Shown in pieces: positions 39,199 through 46,713 of a DNA stretch of 52,020 nucleotides. Both the position numbers and the translations under genes were made by a program. Position 1 is the first letter of the stretch. Every line of letters starts with the position of its first letter. Source of the DNA: a virus (Duplodnaviria; Caudoviricetes); the IMG/VR virus record IMGVR_UViG_3300034375_010259, positions 1 to 52,020 of that record; one strand, written 5' to 3'. The notes beneath the pieces were generated by a model that saw nothing but the letters and a program-made list of their open reading frames with translations, made no database searches and was not told where the DNA came from.

Positions 39199-40126
39199 TG
39201 ATTTCTCCCGCTCTGATCTTTTTATTATATCCATGATCAACACCGATACACAACTTATGCTCGGGATAACCTACACTAATCAACTTCGGAAAAACACGCT
39301 CCCATAGAACCTGTAAAAGGACTTCTTTACTTACTTTCGTATAATCTATACATTGGACCGTCAACTTAAAAATTTCTCGATACATGCCATCAGGACGTGC
39401 CCAATCGACATATCTGAGTCTATTTTTAAGAAACACAGGACAATGTTGCCAAAACTCTTCTACATCCTCAACCTGGACCTCTGCCTCAAACTTCTTAACA
39501 GGATTAAAAGAAATAGAAGGACATGAATCTAATATCAAATTAAACGCCTGAGCGGTCAACCGATCCCCCAAATAAACCAATTCCTGAATAACTCCATTTC
39601 TTTCAAATCCAGGAAATCTTGAAAGCCTTGAAGGATTCTGACAAGAGTAATCAACGAACTTCTCGCCTTTATCTCCATCTAGCAGCTCTGAAGCCTTTAA
39701 ATCGATTTTAGCAGCCAATCTACGCCACACATGCTTATAGTACTGAATACCGTCTAACGTGTGAACAGCGGCATTTAAAGGCTTCTCAAGGCTAACTATG
39801 GCATGATACGATTTACCGCCTGAATACACGATAGAAGTAAACGGAATGCCACATTCTTTAAAAATCCTTAATTGATCTTTTAAATCAATATTATCCATTT
39901 CAAATAAAAAATTCCTATAAGAGCAAACATTAATATCAGCTCGCGAAGGAAATCGACTATCTTTGTCCTGAACATAAGATTTGTACGGATCTAATGCATT
40001 TATGCAGAAAAACTCTGGAACGGCACTACCAATTTTCAATGCGTTACGAACCTTGGTCTGGTAAATACCCCCAAAAGTAGTGCAATTTCCCTGTACGAAC
40101 AAGGTACTCATAAACGTATTTTTCAT
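39191..40126 (-). CDS. AEP-superfamily primase (RepB'/prim-pol-like)
   Basis: NFLFEMD, VYSGGKSYHAIV, VD.SCQNPSRLSRFPG. Confidence 0.85.
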   Translation of the reverse strand: MKNTFMSTLFVQGNCTTFGGIYQTKVRNALKIGSAVPEFFCINALDPYKSYVQDKDSRFPSRADINVCSYRNFLFEMDNIDLKDQLRIFKECGIPFTSIVYSGGKSYHAIVSLEKPLNAAVHTLDGIQYYKHVWRRLAAKIDLKASELLDGDKGEKFVDYSCQNPSRLSRFPGFERNGVIQELVYLGDRLTAQAFNLILDSCPSISFNPVKKFEAEVQVEDVEEFWQHCPVFLKNRLRYVDWARPDGMYREIFKLTVQCIDYTKVSKEVLLQVLWERVFPKLISVGYPEHKLCIGVDHGYNKKIRAGEING

Positions 40127-40140
40127 AACTTACCTCCGAA

Positions 40141-40440
40141 CCTTTTGTTCAAAATTTTTCTGTACGCACTTAAATTCATGAAATCACTAAGGAGTGCAAC
40201 TCGTACAGATTTTCTCTCAGTTCCCCCACGCATATTTTATTATTCCCTACCTTATATGTTTTTTTTTATTAGTCTTTTTCAGTACTCTTTAAGTACTTTA
40301 CTAGTCTATACTAGTCTATATTATTTCTACAGTCAACTTAAGATTTCTCTGTACTTCTGTACTTATTAAGTTCTTCTTTAGTTTCAAGAACTTACACCTC
40401 AAGGGTGGGATATGATTCCTTGTACGTACAGGACCTTCTA
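40141..40440. other. candidate replication origin / control region
   Basis: ~300-bp non-coding AT-rich gap upstream of primase; hairpin at 40159-40209; two inverted IHF-like motifs; CTAGTCTATA x2. Confidence 0.4.
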
Positions 40441-40719
40441 TCATGATTTATCATGGGTCTCTTTTTCTTTTCTAATTCTATCAAAAAACTCTAATTCTTC
40501 CCTACTATGTCTTCGAGTTTTCGCTTTAAAATCCGTCCAAATGACATCTCCGTCACCTTTATGGAAATTCCTTAAATAATACAAATAATTTCTAATTGCC
40601 TTCAACTTCTTCTCGTCTTCAGAAGTCTTAACAAGTCCTTCACCAGCCTTCACTCGCCTACCTCCATTTCTAATTGCCCAAAAAAGCCTTAAAATCCAAT
40701 CCCATAAAACCGACAACAT
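40441..40719 (-). CDS. hypothetical protein
   Basis: GGAAGG RBS; ORF in the early arm. Confidence 0.6.
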   Translation of the reverse strand: MLSVLWDWILRLFWAIRNGGRRVKAGEGLVKTSEDEKKLKAIRNYLYYLRNFHKGDGDVIWTDFKAKTRRHSREELEFFDRIRKEKETHDKS

Positions 40720-40741
40720 TAAAACCTTCCAAGTCTATAAA

Positions 40742-40960
40742 TTATTCATCATCATCTTCACCTAATAACGATTTCGAAGCCTTATGAAGCTCATAAGCAT
40801 TCTTAAAAAGTCTAAGCATATATAAGTCATACTCAGCAATAACCTCAAAGTAATCCGACTCTTCAAAAGTCCAAACTATAAAATTAGTGTCCAAGCTAAA
40901 ACCGATCCCTACATTTTCCTCGTCTTCAAAACCTTTCATGAAATCATTATACAACGCCAT
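40742..40960 (-). CDS. hypothetical acidic protein
   Basis: AAGGAG RBS. Confidence 0.7.
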   Translation of the reverse strand: MALYNDFMKGFEDEENVGIGFSLDTNFIVWTFEESDYFEVIAEYDLYMLRLFKNAYELHKASKSLLGEDDDE

Positions 40961-40971
40961 AAAAGCTCCTT

Positions 40972-41301
40972 TTAAGCGTTAATCTGATATAAAAAGTCCA
41001 AAAAGTCTTCCGAAGCTTCCAAGTACTTTTCCGCCTGCCGAAGCCTTTTAATATTCCCTATCATAATCCAATCATCCCGTAAAATGCTCCCAAAGTACAA
41101 AGCACCAATCTCAACATGAACCTTACCGTTTCGAAAAAAGGCTACACCGTCCACGCTATACTGCGCTCCATCAACTTCAAACTGATAATCGTTTATATCC
41201 ATTTCCTTATTTTCCAATAAAGAATATTCCCCCGAATCATCATGATTCATGTACTCATAAAACAACTCTTCATAATCAGATCTTACTTTAATTTTTCTCA
41301 T
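40972..41301 (-). CDS. hypothetical acidic protein
   Basis: AAGGAG RBS. Confidence 0.7.
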   Translation of the reverse strand: MRKIKVRSDYEELFYEYMNHDDSGEYSLLENKEMDINDYQFEVDGAQYSVDGVAFFRNGKVHVEIGALYFGSILRDDWIMIGNIKRLRQAEKYLEASEDFLDFLYQINA

Positions 41302-41310
41302 TTTAAACTC

Positions 41311-41385
41311 CTTAAGCCTTCAAAAGTCTTCTCAAGCCTACCATACTTAAGCCTTCAAAAGCCTTCTCCAGTCTACCACACTTAA
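41311..41385. repeat. 35-bp intergenic tandem duplication
   Basis: CTTAAGCCTTCAAAAG(T/C)CTTCTC(A/C)AG(C/T)CTACCA(T/C)A x2 plus CTTAA. Confidence 0.85.
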
Positions 41386-41666
41386 CCCCTTTTGACAACC
41401 CTTTTTTTGCCTTTTCCAATATTTTTCCCAGCCTTATAATGCTCCAAAAGCCTTAAAAAGTCCTCAAAAGCCTCCCACTTAACGTAATAACCACAATGAT
41501 CACATGTCTCTTTATCCACACTTTCGGCGCCTACCAACGGCTTCCTCGACCTATAATGCGGTTCCATACCTTTATGGCATGAACAAGTAGCTATATACTC
41601 TACACCTCTAAAGATCTTCCTAGTTCCACTAAGTTCCTTAAAATTATTCATCTCCATTCCTTCCAA
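41382..41666 (-). CDS. hypothetical protein with Cys/His (zinc-ribbon-like) motif
   Basis: CSCH..CDHCG; exact start uncertain. Confidence 0.6.
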   Translation of the reverse strand: MEGMEMNNFKELSGTRKIFRGVEYIATCSCHKGMEPHYRSRKPLVGAESVDKETCDHCGYYVKWEAFEDFLRLLEHYKAGKNIGKGKKRVVKRG

Positions 41667-41677
41667 GCCTTAAACTA

Positions 41678-42061
41678 TTAATGTTTGATTTTTTTCCCAG
41701 CATCCATGATTTTCTGCACTTCCAGATCTTCCAAATCTTCAAAATCTTTTCCACTCGAACCTTTAAGACTTAAAGATTTAGAACTAGAACCCTTATAATC
41801 TTCAACAGTCTTCAAAAGCACTTCAAAAGCCTTTTCCGCAAATTTACTAGCTGTAGAAGTCTTCAAAACTCCCATCTTTAAAGCTGTAGCTATGATACTC
41901 ACGGCTACAGAGATTAATATCCCAGGAACTTCCTTTAGCATCAATGCCGCATTTTCACTCGACTCTAGTAAGTCATCAGTTTCGGATGCATAAGATTCCT
42001 CCATTAAATCAACAATGGCATCTCTATACTCTTTTCCTTTTTCGGATAGTTTAATTCTCAT
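41678..42061 (-). CDS. hypothetical protein
   Basis: ATG at 42061 after AAAGGAG; the ORF-track TTG start lies in a repeat. Confidence 0.65.
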   Translation of the reverse strand: MRIKLSEKGKEYRDAIVDLMEESYASETDDLLESSENAALMLKEVPGILISVAVSIIATALKMGVLKTSTASKFAEKAFEVLLKTVEDYKGSSSKSLSLKGSSGKDFEDLEDLEVQKIMDAGKKIKH

Positions 42062-42094
42062 CTTTTCTCCTTTATGGTTTAGTGGTCTTTTGTA

Positions 42095-42175
42095 GACCGT
42101 CAATAGCTTTTTAGCTTTTTAGCTTTTTAGCTTTTTAGCTTTTTAGCTTTTAGCTTTTTAATTTTTAGCTTTAAA
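42095..42175. repeat. GACCGTCAATAGCTTT element plus (AGCTTTTT)n array
   Basis: Exact 16-mer followed by about 8 octamer units. Confidence 0.9.
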
Positions 42176-42176
42176 A

Positions 42177-42356
42177 CTAATCATCATCATGATCATGCAA
42201 ATACCTATCAATACAAGTTTTCACATCCTCCACCGTGTAATTGGTTTCCTCGCAATCCTCCACCATGAGTTCATACCTATACTCATCAGCAGCCTTCATC
42301 ATTTTCACGCCTACAGAAGTCGCTAAAAGCACACTTAAAACCGCCACCAAAATCAT
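42177..42356 (-). CDS. small membrane-anchored / secreted protein
   Basis: GGGAG RBS; hydrophobic N-terminus; two Cys. Confidence 0.6.
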   Translation of the reverse strand: MILVAVLSVLLATSVGVKMMKAADEYRYELMVEDCEETNYTVEDVKTCIDRYLHDHDDD

Positions 42357-42357
42357 G

Positions 42358-42555
42358 TTATCTCCCTTTGTATTTCTTAATCGCATTTAAAATTACCTCA
42401 TAAATATTAACGGTCAATAAAACCCCCATCATGATTAAAAACCCAAAAACACTCGCAACAAACTCCACTACAAACGCCATCAACCTAAAAACACCTTCCG
42501 CCAATTCCTTTAAAGTTTCTACAAATTCCTTCAAAGTCTCTAAAAAATCCTTCAT
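42358..42555 (-). CDS. small membrane protein
   Basis: AAGGAGG RBS; long hydrophobic segment. Confidence 0.65.
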   Translation of the reverse strand: MKDFLETLKEFVETLKELAEGVFRLMAFVVEFVASVFGFLIMMGVLLTVNIYEVILNAIKKYKGR

Positions 42556-42587
42556 AGTTCCTCCTTTTAAACTTATTAACCTTTAAA

Positions 42588-43178
42588 TCAATTAACTATA
42601 TAATACATCAATTCCATGTATTCATCAAGCAATTTCCCATTATACTCATCAATAAACTTAATCGGATCTACCTGAACCCCATCAACAATCACCTCAAAAT
42701 GTAAATGCGGTCCCGTCGTTTTCCCCGTATTTCCTGACAAACCAACCGGCTCGTAATCCAATAGTATGTCTCCTTTCTCGACTTTAAAAGAACTCAAATG
42801 CGCATACAAAGTCTTAAACCCATCATGCCGCACAATCACATAATTTCCAAACCCAGACTCAAACCCTACAAACTCCACCACGCCCTTTTGAATCGAAATC
42901 ACTTCCTCCCCTTCCCGAACTGCAAAATCAACTCCTTTATGCATCCTAGATCCATTCCCCAAATCGCGAAGCCCATACGGAGAAGACATGACTCCTCTAA
43001 CAGGCATTCGAAGAAACTTCCTAGGAACTTCAATCCTTTTAGGCTTCCTTTGCAAATCATGCTTTTCAATTAACAACTGCTTCTTACGCTCTTTCAAAGC
43101 CTGCAAAGTACTTACATCAGTCGTACTACAGCCTACAAACAATAAAAGGCTTCCAAAGACTACAAAACTATTTCCCAC
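42588..43178 (-). CDS. M23-family peptidoglycan endopeptidase, predicted lipoprotein
   Basis: SSPYGLR, MHKGVDF, YAHLS, GNTGKTTGPHLHFEV; lipobox FVGC after a GTG start at 43178 with AGGAG RBS. Confidence 0.9.
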   Translation of the reverse strand: MGNSFVVFGSLLLFVGCSTTDVSTLQALKERKKQLLIEKHDLQRKPKRIEVPRKFLRMPVRGVMSSPYGLRDLGNGSRMHKGVDFAVREGEEVISIQKGVVEFVGFESGFGNYVIVRHDGFKTLYAHLSSFKVEKGDILLDYEPVGLSGNTGKTTGPHLHFEVIVDGVQVDPIKFIDEYNGKLLDEYMELMYYIVN

Positions 43179-43188
43179 TTTTAAACTC

Positions 43189-43671
43189 CTATTTCCTAAC
43201 ACCGTACCAAGTAGGCTCACGCACATCATGATCCCATCTTACGGCTAAATATAACTGATAAGCTTTAGTAACATCCTTTATATGCTTAAAATCAACTCCA
43301 ACAGACTTATTAGCGGCACAATTAGCAAAAGGCGTCAAACTCCCTTCGGGAATCATAAACTCATGATCCTTAAAAACATCCAACAACCTACTAGACTTGT
43401 GAACCTTACCATACCTGAAAGTATACTCATCACTTAAAGCCTTAAAATGCCTTAAAAGCCATTGAAAGTTTTCCCTAGTTTCCCTAGCCCACACACTACT
43501 TGGGTGATTCTTATGAGTCATTTTGTAGATGCCATCACCCTCATAACCATGAACTCTTAAAGCCGTACTAAGCATTTGAGCAGTTTCTAAAACCATTTTC
43601 AGCGCTCTCTTGTCATCTAAAAATTTAGCACATTCTATTGGACATTCGGATGTAAAAAATATATTCATCAC
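43189..43671 (-). CDS. pyrimidine-dimer DNA glycosylase (endonuclease V-like)
   Basis: MNIFF..P..CA..LDDK...KMVLETAQMLST, THKNHPSSVWAR, EYTFRYGKVHKS. Confidence 0.85.
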   Translation of the reverse strand: MMNIFFTSECPIECAKFLDDKRALKMVLETAQMLSTALRVHGYEGDGIYKMTHKNHPSSVWARETRENFQWLLRHFKALSDEYTFRYGKVHKSSRLLDVFKDHEFMIPEGSLTPFANCAANKSVGVDFKHIKDVTKAYQLYLAVRWDHDVREPTWYGVRK

Positions 43672-43694
43672 ATGACTCCTTTTGGGTTTATTAA

Positions 43695-43723
43695 ATTGTA
43701 CCGTACTTTTAGGGGATTTGCAA
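43695..43723 (-). promoter_or_regulatory. sigma70-type promoter
   Basis: TTGCAA-17bp-TACAAT on the - strand, with an A-rich UP element. Confidence 0.7.
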
Positions 43724-43767
43724 GACTTTTTTTGATTTTTTAGATTTATAGATTTATAGACTTAACC

Positions 43768-43817
43768 GACCGTCAATAGCTTTCAGCTAATAAATTCCAA
43801 CTAATAAATTCCAGCTA
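43768..43817. repeat. GACCGTCAATAGCTTT element with adjacent short tandem repeats
   Basis: Exact 16-mer at 43768; CTAATAAATTCCA x2 follows; TAGATTTA repeats precede. Confidence 0.85.
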
Positions 43818-43895
43818 TTCTCCAGCTTCAAATATGTCCAGCAGGATCATTATTACAGCCAATGCAACTAATAGCATTAATAATAAGTTAATCAT
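43815..43895 (-). CDS. 26-aa single-TM microprotein
   Basis: GAGGG RBS; MINLLLMLLVALAVIMILLDIFEAGE. Confidence 0.45.
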   Translation of the reverse strand: MINLLLMLLVALAVIMILLDIFEAGE

Positions 43896-43905
43896 CAGTA
43901 TTCCC

Positions 43906-44193
43906 TCAGTCTTGCGTCTTTATTAATTCATTATATAACATACAATCTAATGAGTAGATAATCATTTCTTCATTATTAAAATAAATTGCACTTCCTAAAA
44001 CGTAGCCTTTATCGTTATTAATATCAGCGCCTTTTTCTATTAAATATTTAACAATATCAAAATGTCCATTAAAGGCTGCAATTCCTAAAGCCCAATCATG
44101 GTTAGCATTAGCTCCATTTTTAACTGCTAATTTTACCATTTCGAGTTGATTAATTTCAATGCCGAGTGTTAGTATTTTTTGCCAATCAATCAT
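43906..44193 (-). CDS. ankyrin-repeat protein
   Basis: LEMVKLAVKNGANAN, ALGIAAFNGHFDIVKYLIEKGADIN. Confidence 0.9.
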   Translation of the reverse strand: MIDWQKILTLGIEINQLEMVKLAVKNGANANHDWALGIAAFNGHFDIVKYLIEKGADINNDKGYVLGSAIYFNNEEMIIYSLDCMLYNELIKTQD

Positions 44194-44395
44194 TGATGCC
44201 GCCTTTTTGTTGCTTCAAAGTTCTCCTAACAATAACCATAGAAGCTGGCACAATTAACTCCCCACCATCAGGCAATCTAAGCAACATTAAATTATTAACA
44301 CTATCATAATACTTCATCTCTTTCAAAGGTGCCCACATCGTTCTTCCCAAGGCTGGTATTATATAGTATTGTTCATATTCCGGTTTATTTTTCAT
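44186..44395 (-). CDS. hypothetical protein
   Basis: TAAGGAG RBS. Confidence 0.65.
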   Translation of the reverse strand: MKNKPEYEQYYIIPALGRTMWAPLKEMKYYDSVNNLMLLRLPDGGELIVPASMVIVRRTLKQQKGGIND

Positions 44396-44422
44396 TATTA
44401 ACTCCTTAAAATTATATCACTA

Positions 44423-44659
44423 TTAATTATTAATCTCTTTATAATACTCATCAAGCCAATCCAGTTCGGTAATGTGCAATTGTCTCTCTAATAACTTTTC
44501 GTACAATTTATATGTGTTGCTTAATTTCTCCCTGTATTCCTCAGTGTATAGATCCTGCTGGGTGGATACCATTACGTAGTCGAGTAGTAAGTCCTTGACT
44601 TCATTAAGTAATTTTACTTTTTCGTTGTTGTTCATTAGTAATACTTCCTTTTTATTCAT
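44423..44659 (-). CDS. hypothetical protein
   Basis: GAGGT RBS right after a promoter. Confidence 0.65.
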   Translation of the reverse strand: MNKKEVLLMNNNEKVKLLNEVKDLLLDYVMVSTQQDLYTEEYREKLSNTYKLYEKLLERQLHITELDWLDEYYKEINN

Positions 44660-44688
44660 TATTGTTACCTCAATGTTGCGTCAATGAT

Positions 44689-44717
44689 AGAGTATCATGC
44701 AAAAATGTTGATGTCAA
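44689..44717 (-). promoter_or_regulatory. sigma70-type promoter
   Basis: TTGACA-17bp-TACTCT with TG extension. Confidence 0.75.
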
Positions 44718-44761
44718 GTATTTTTTGAGTTTTTTAGGAATTTATGCCAATTTTATTGAAT

Positions 44762-45061
44762 TTAAACAGATTTAAGTGAACACCATTTCAAATGATGATT
44801 TGGAAACGAAGTATGCTTGGCTGCGCAATCGCAATTTTTCGGTATTGGTGGCGGCTCATTGACGACATCCTTATTTATAAACATCCAATAATAACTAGAG
44901 TCGTATGTCATCTCTCTAAAAGCGTATAAATCGCTTAAAATAGTGACCATCTTCCCGTCAACATGAATTACCTTACCTTTATCCATATTACTTGCGCCGG
45001 TATATATTTCTATTTCACATCCAATCAGGGATTTATTTACGGTATGTATAAATTGGTTCAT
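44762..45061 (-). CDS. hypothetical protein: SH3/KOW-like N-domain plus CxC..H..WC tail
   Basis: IGCEIEIY..KGKVI; CDCAAKHTSFPNHHLKWC. Confidence 0.65.
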   Translation of the reverse strand: MNQFIHTVNKSLIGCEIEIYTGASNMDKGKVIHVDGKMVTILSDLYAFREMTYDSSYYWMFINKDVVNEPPPIPKNCDCAAKHTSFPNHHLKWCSLKSV

Positions 45062-45524
45062 CAACAATTCTCCTTAGTTTTGCGTCTTTGAGTAATTTTA
45101 CGATTTCGGTATGTTTCATTACGAGAAGCCCATTTAATGCTTGATCATTCTTAGCATGAATATTAGCTCCATGTTCTAATAACAGTTTTACGATTTCAGT
45201 ATGTCCATAATCAGAAGCCAATCTTAATGCTTCATCATTCCAAGCATGAACATTAGCTTCTTTTTCCAATAACAGTTTTACAGTTTTAGTATGACCATTT
45301 TTAGAAGCTCGTCTTAATGCTTGATCATTCTCAGCATGAACGTCAGCACCATAGTCTAATAACAGTTTTACGATTTCAGTACGTCCATTACGAGAAGCCC
45401 ATCTTAATACATAATCATTCCCAGCATGAACGTCAGCACCATGTTCTAATAACAATTTTACTATTTCAATGTGACCAAAATAAGAAGCCCATGTTAATGC
45501 TTGATTTAATTGGTTTTGTGTCAT
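45033..45524 (-). CDS. ankyrin-repeat protein (about five 31-aa repeats)
   Basis: ALxWASxNGHxEIVKLLLEHGADVHAxND repeats; near-identical 93-bp DNA units. Confidence 0.95.
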   Translation of the reverse strand: MTQNQLNQALTWASYFGHIEIVKLLLEHGADVHAGNDYVLRWASRNGRTEIVKLLLDYGADVHAENDQALRRASKNGHTKTVKLLLEKEANVHAWNDEALRLASDYGHTEIVKLLLEHGANIHAKNDQALNGLLVMKHTEIVKLLKDAKLRRIVDEPIYTYRK

Positions 45525-45604
45525 CAACAATTCTCCTCAATGTTGCGTCTTCTTTTCCGGGCAAAATTATTACGTTCTAGGTACTCTATAAAATCTTTTT
45601 TCAT
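45524..45604 (-). CDS. 26-aa leader ORF translationally coupled to the ankyrin gene
   Basis: MKKDFIEYLERNNFARKRRRNIEENC ending in a TGATG overlap. Confidence 0.35.
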   Translation of the reverse strand: MKKDFIEYLERNNFARKRRRNIEENC

Positions 45605-45676
45605 TATTTTTGACCTTCTCAGTTCCTTATCTATCAGTATAGCAGATATGGGTTGTCAACAGTACGTTAATCATTT

Positions 45677-46693
45677 TTATTTCCTTAAAGTTTTGACCAT
45701 TTCTTCTGCAATTCTTTCAATAACTGGAACAGCTACGGAATTTCCAAATTGCTTATAAGCTTGTGTATCTGATACAGGTATTATAAAACTTTCAGGAAAT
45801 CCTTGTAATCTAGCGCATTCTCTGGGCGTTAATTTCCTAGGTCTTTTATTAATATCTGATTGATCTATTAAAATTTCGCTACCATCTTTTCCATACCTAG
45901 CACTAATAGTATTCGTGTACTCAGAATCTTTATTGAATAAAGAATATCCAAACCCATTGCCCTTCTGTTTATGACTCTCTTTTCTTCTTTGATGACCATT
46001 CCATAGCTTTTCAGAGAGAGTGTATTTATCATCCACATTTTGCTCTAAAATATTTCCAACTTTTGTAGGGGTTTTACAAGGCTCAGGAAAGTTAAAATTA
46101 TCATTAAAATTGAAATTTAAAGGAAATTGACTCTTATCAAATCCAATAATATAAATTCTTTCCCTATTTTGTGGTACTCCGAAGTCAGCAGCTCTTAGTA
46201 CTTTAAATTCAACATGATAATTTAACATTGTGAGAATTTCAAGGATGGTATTTAAAGTCTTTCCTTTATTGTGACCTTTTAATTGTTTCACATTTTCTAG
46301 TAAAAATGCCTTTGGTCTTTTATGTTTTATAATGTCTTGGATATAAAAAAATAGTGTTCCTCTAGTATCTTCAAATCCTTTTTTTAATCCTGCTTGAGAA
46401 AATGGCTGACACGGAAATCCTGCCAGTAAAATGTCGTGGTTAGGTATTTCCTCCATAGATATCTTTGTTATGTCTCCATGAGGCATTTTTCCATAATTAG
46501 CCTTATAAGTCTCTTGAGCAAATTTATCCCATTCAGATGTAAATACACATAATCCTTTATGTTTTTCAAAGCCTAATCTCATTCCACCTATACCAGCAAA
46601 AAGATCAATAAATGAATAATTATTGTCAATGTTAGCATTAGCACCTTTTTCAGAGGATCGTTTTAATGCTTTATTTAATTCTTTTTGTGTCAT
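45677..46693 (-). CDS. dcm: DNA (cytosine-5)-methyltransferase, SsoII/NlaX/Dcm-like (predicted CCNGG or CCWGG)
   Basis: FIDLFAGIGG, AGFPCQPFS, LLENV, PQNRERIY, YTNTISARYGKDGSEILI, QFGNSV. Confidence 0.95.
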   Translation of the reverse strand: MTQKELNKALKRSSEKGANANIDNNYSFIDLFAGIGGMRLGFEKHKGLCVFTSEWDKFAQETYKANYGKMPHGDITKISMEEIPNHDILLAGFPCQPFSQAGLKKGFEDTRGTLFFYIQDIIKHKRPKAFLLENVKQLKGHNKGKTLNTILEILTMLNYHVEFKVLRAADFGVPQNRERIYIIGFDKSQFPLNFNFNDNFNFPEPCKTPTKVGNILEQNVDDKYTLSEKLWNGHQRRKESHKQKGNGFGYSLFNKDSEYTNTISARYGKDGSEILIDQSDINKRPRKLTPRECARLQGFPESFIIPVSDTQAYKQFGNSVAVPVIERIAEEMVKTLRK

Positions 46694-46713
46694 CAACAAT
46701 TCTCCTCAGTGAT

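Noticed and set aside
40145-40369. 74-aa + strand ORF as a gene
   Set aside because: Low-complexity Y/F/S/L translation of AT-rich repeats, against the local gene direction, with no RBS.
45033-45524. Diversity-generating retroelement acting on ankyrin or fibre repeats
   Set aside because: No reverse transcriptase ORF, no non-coding template repeat, and differences between repeats are not confined to adenines.
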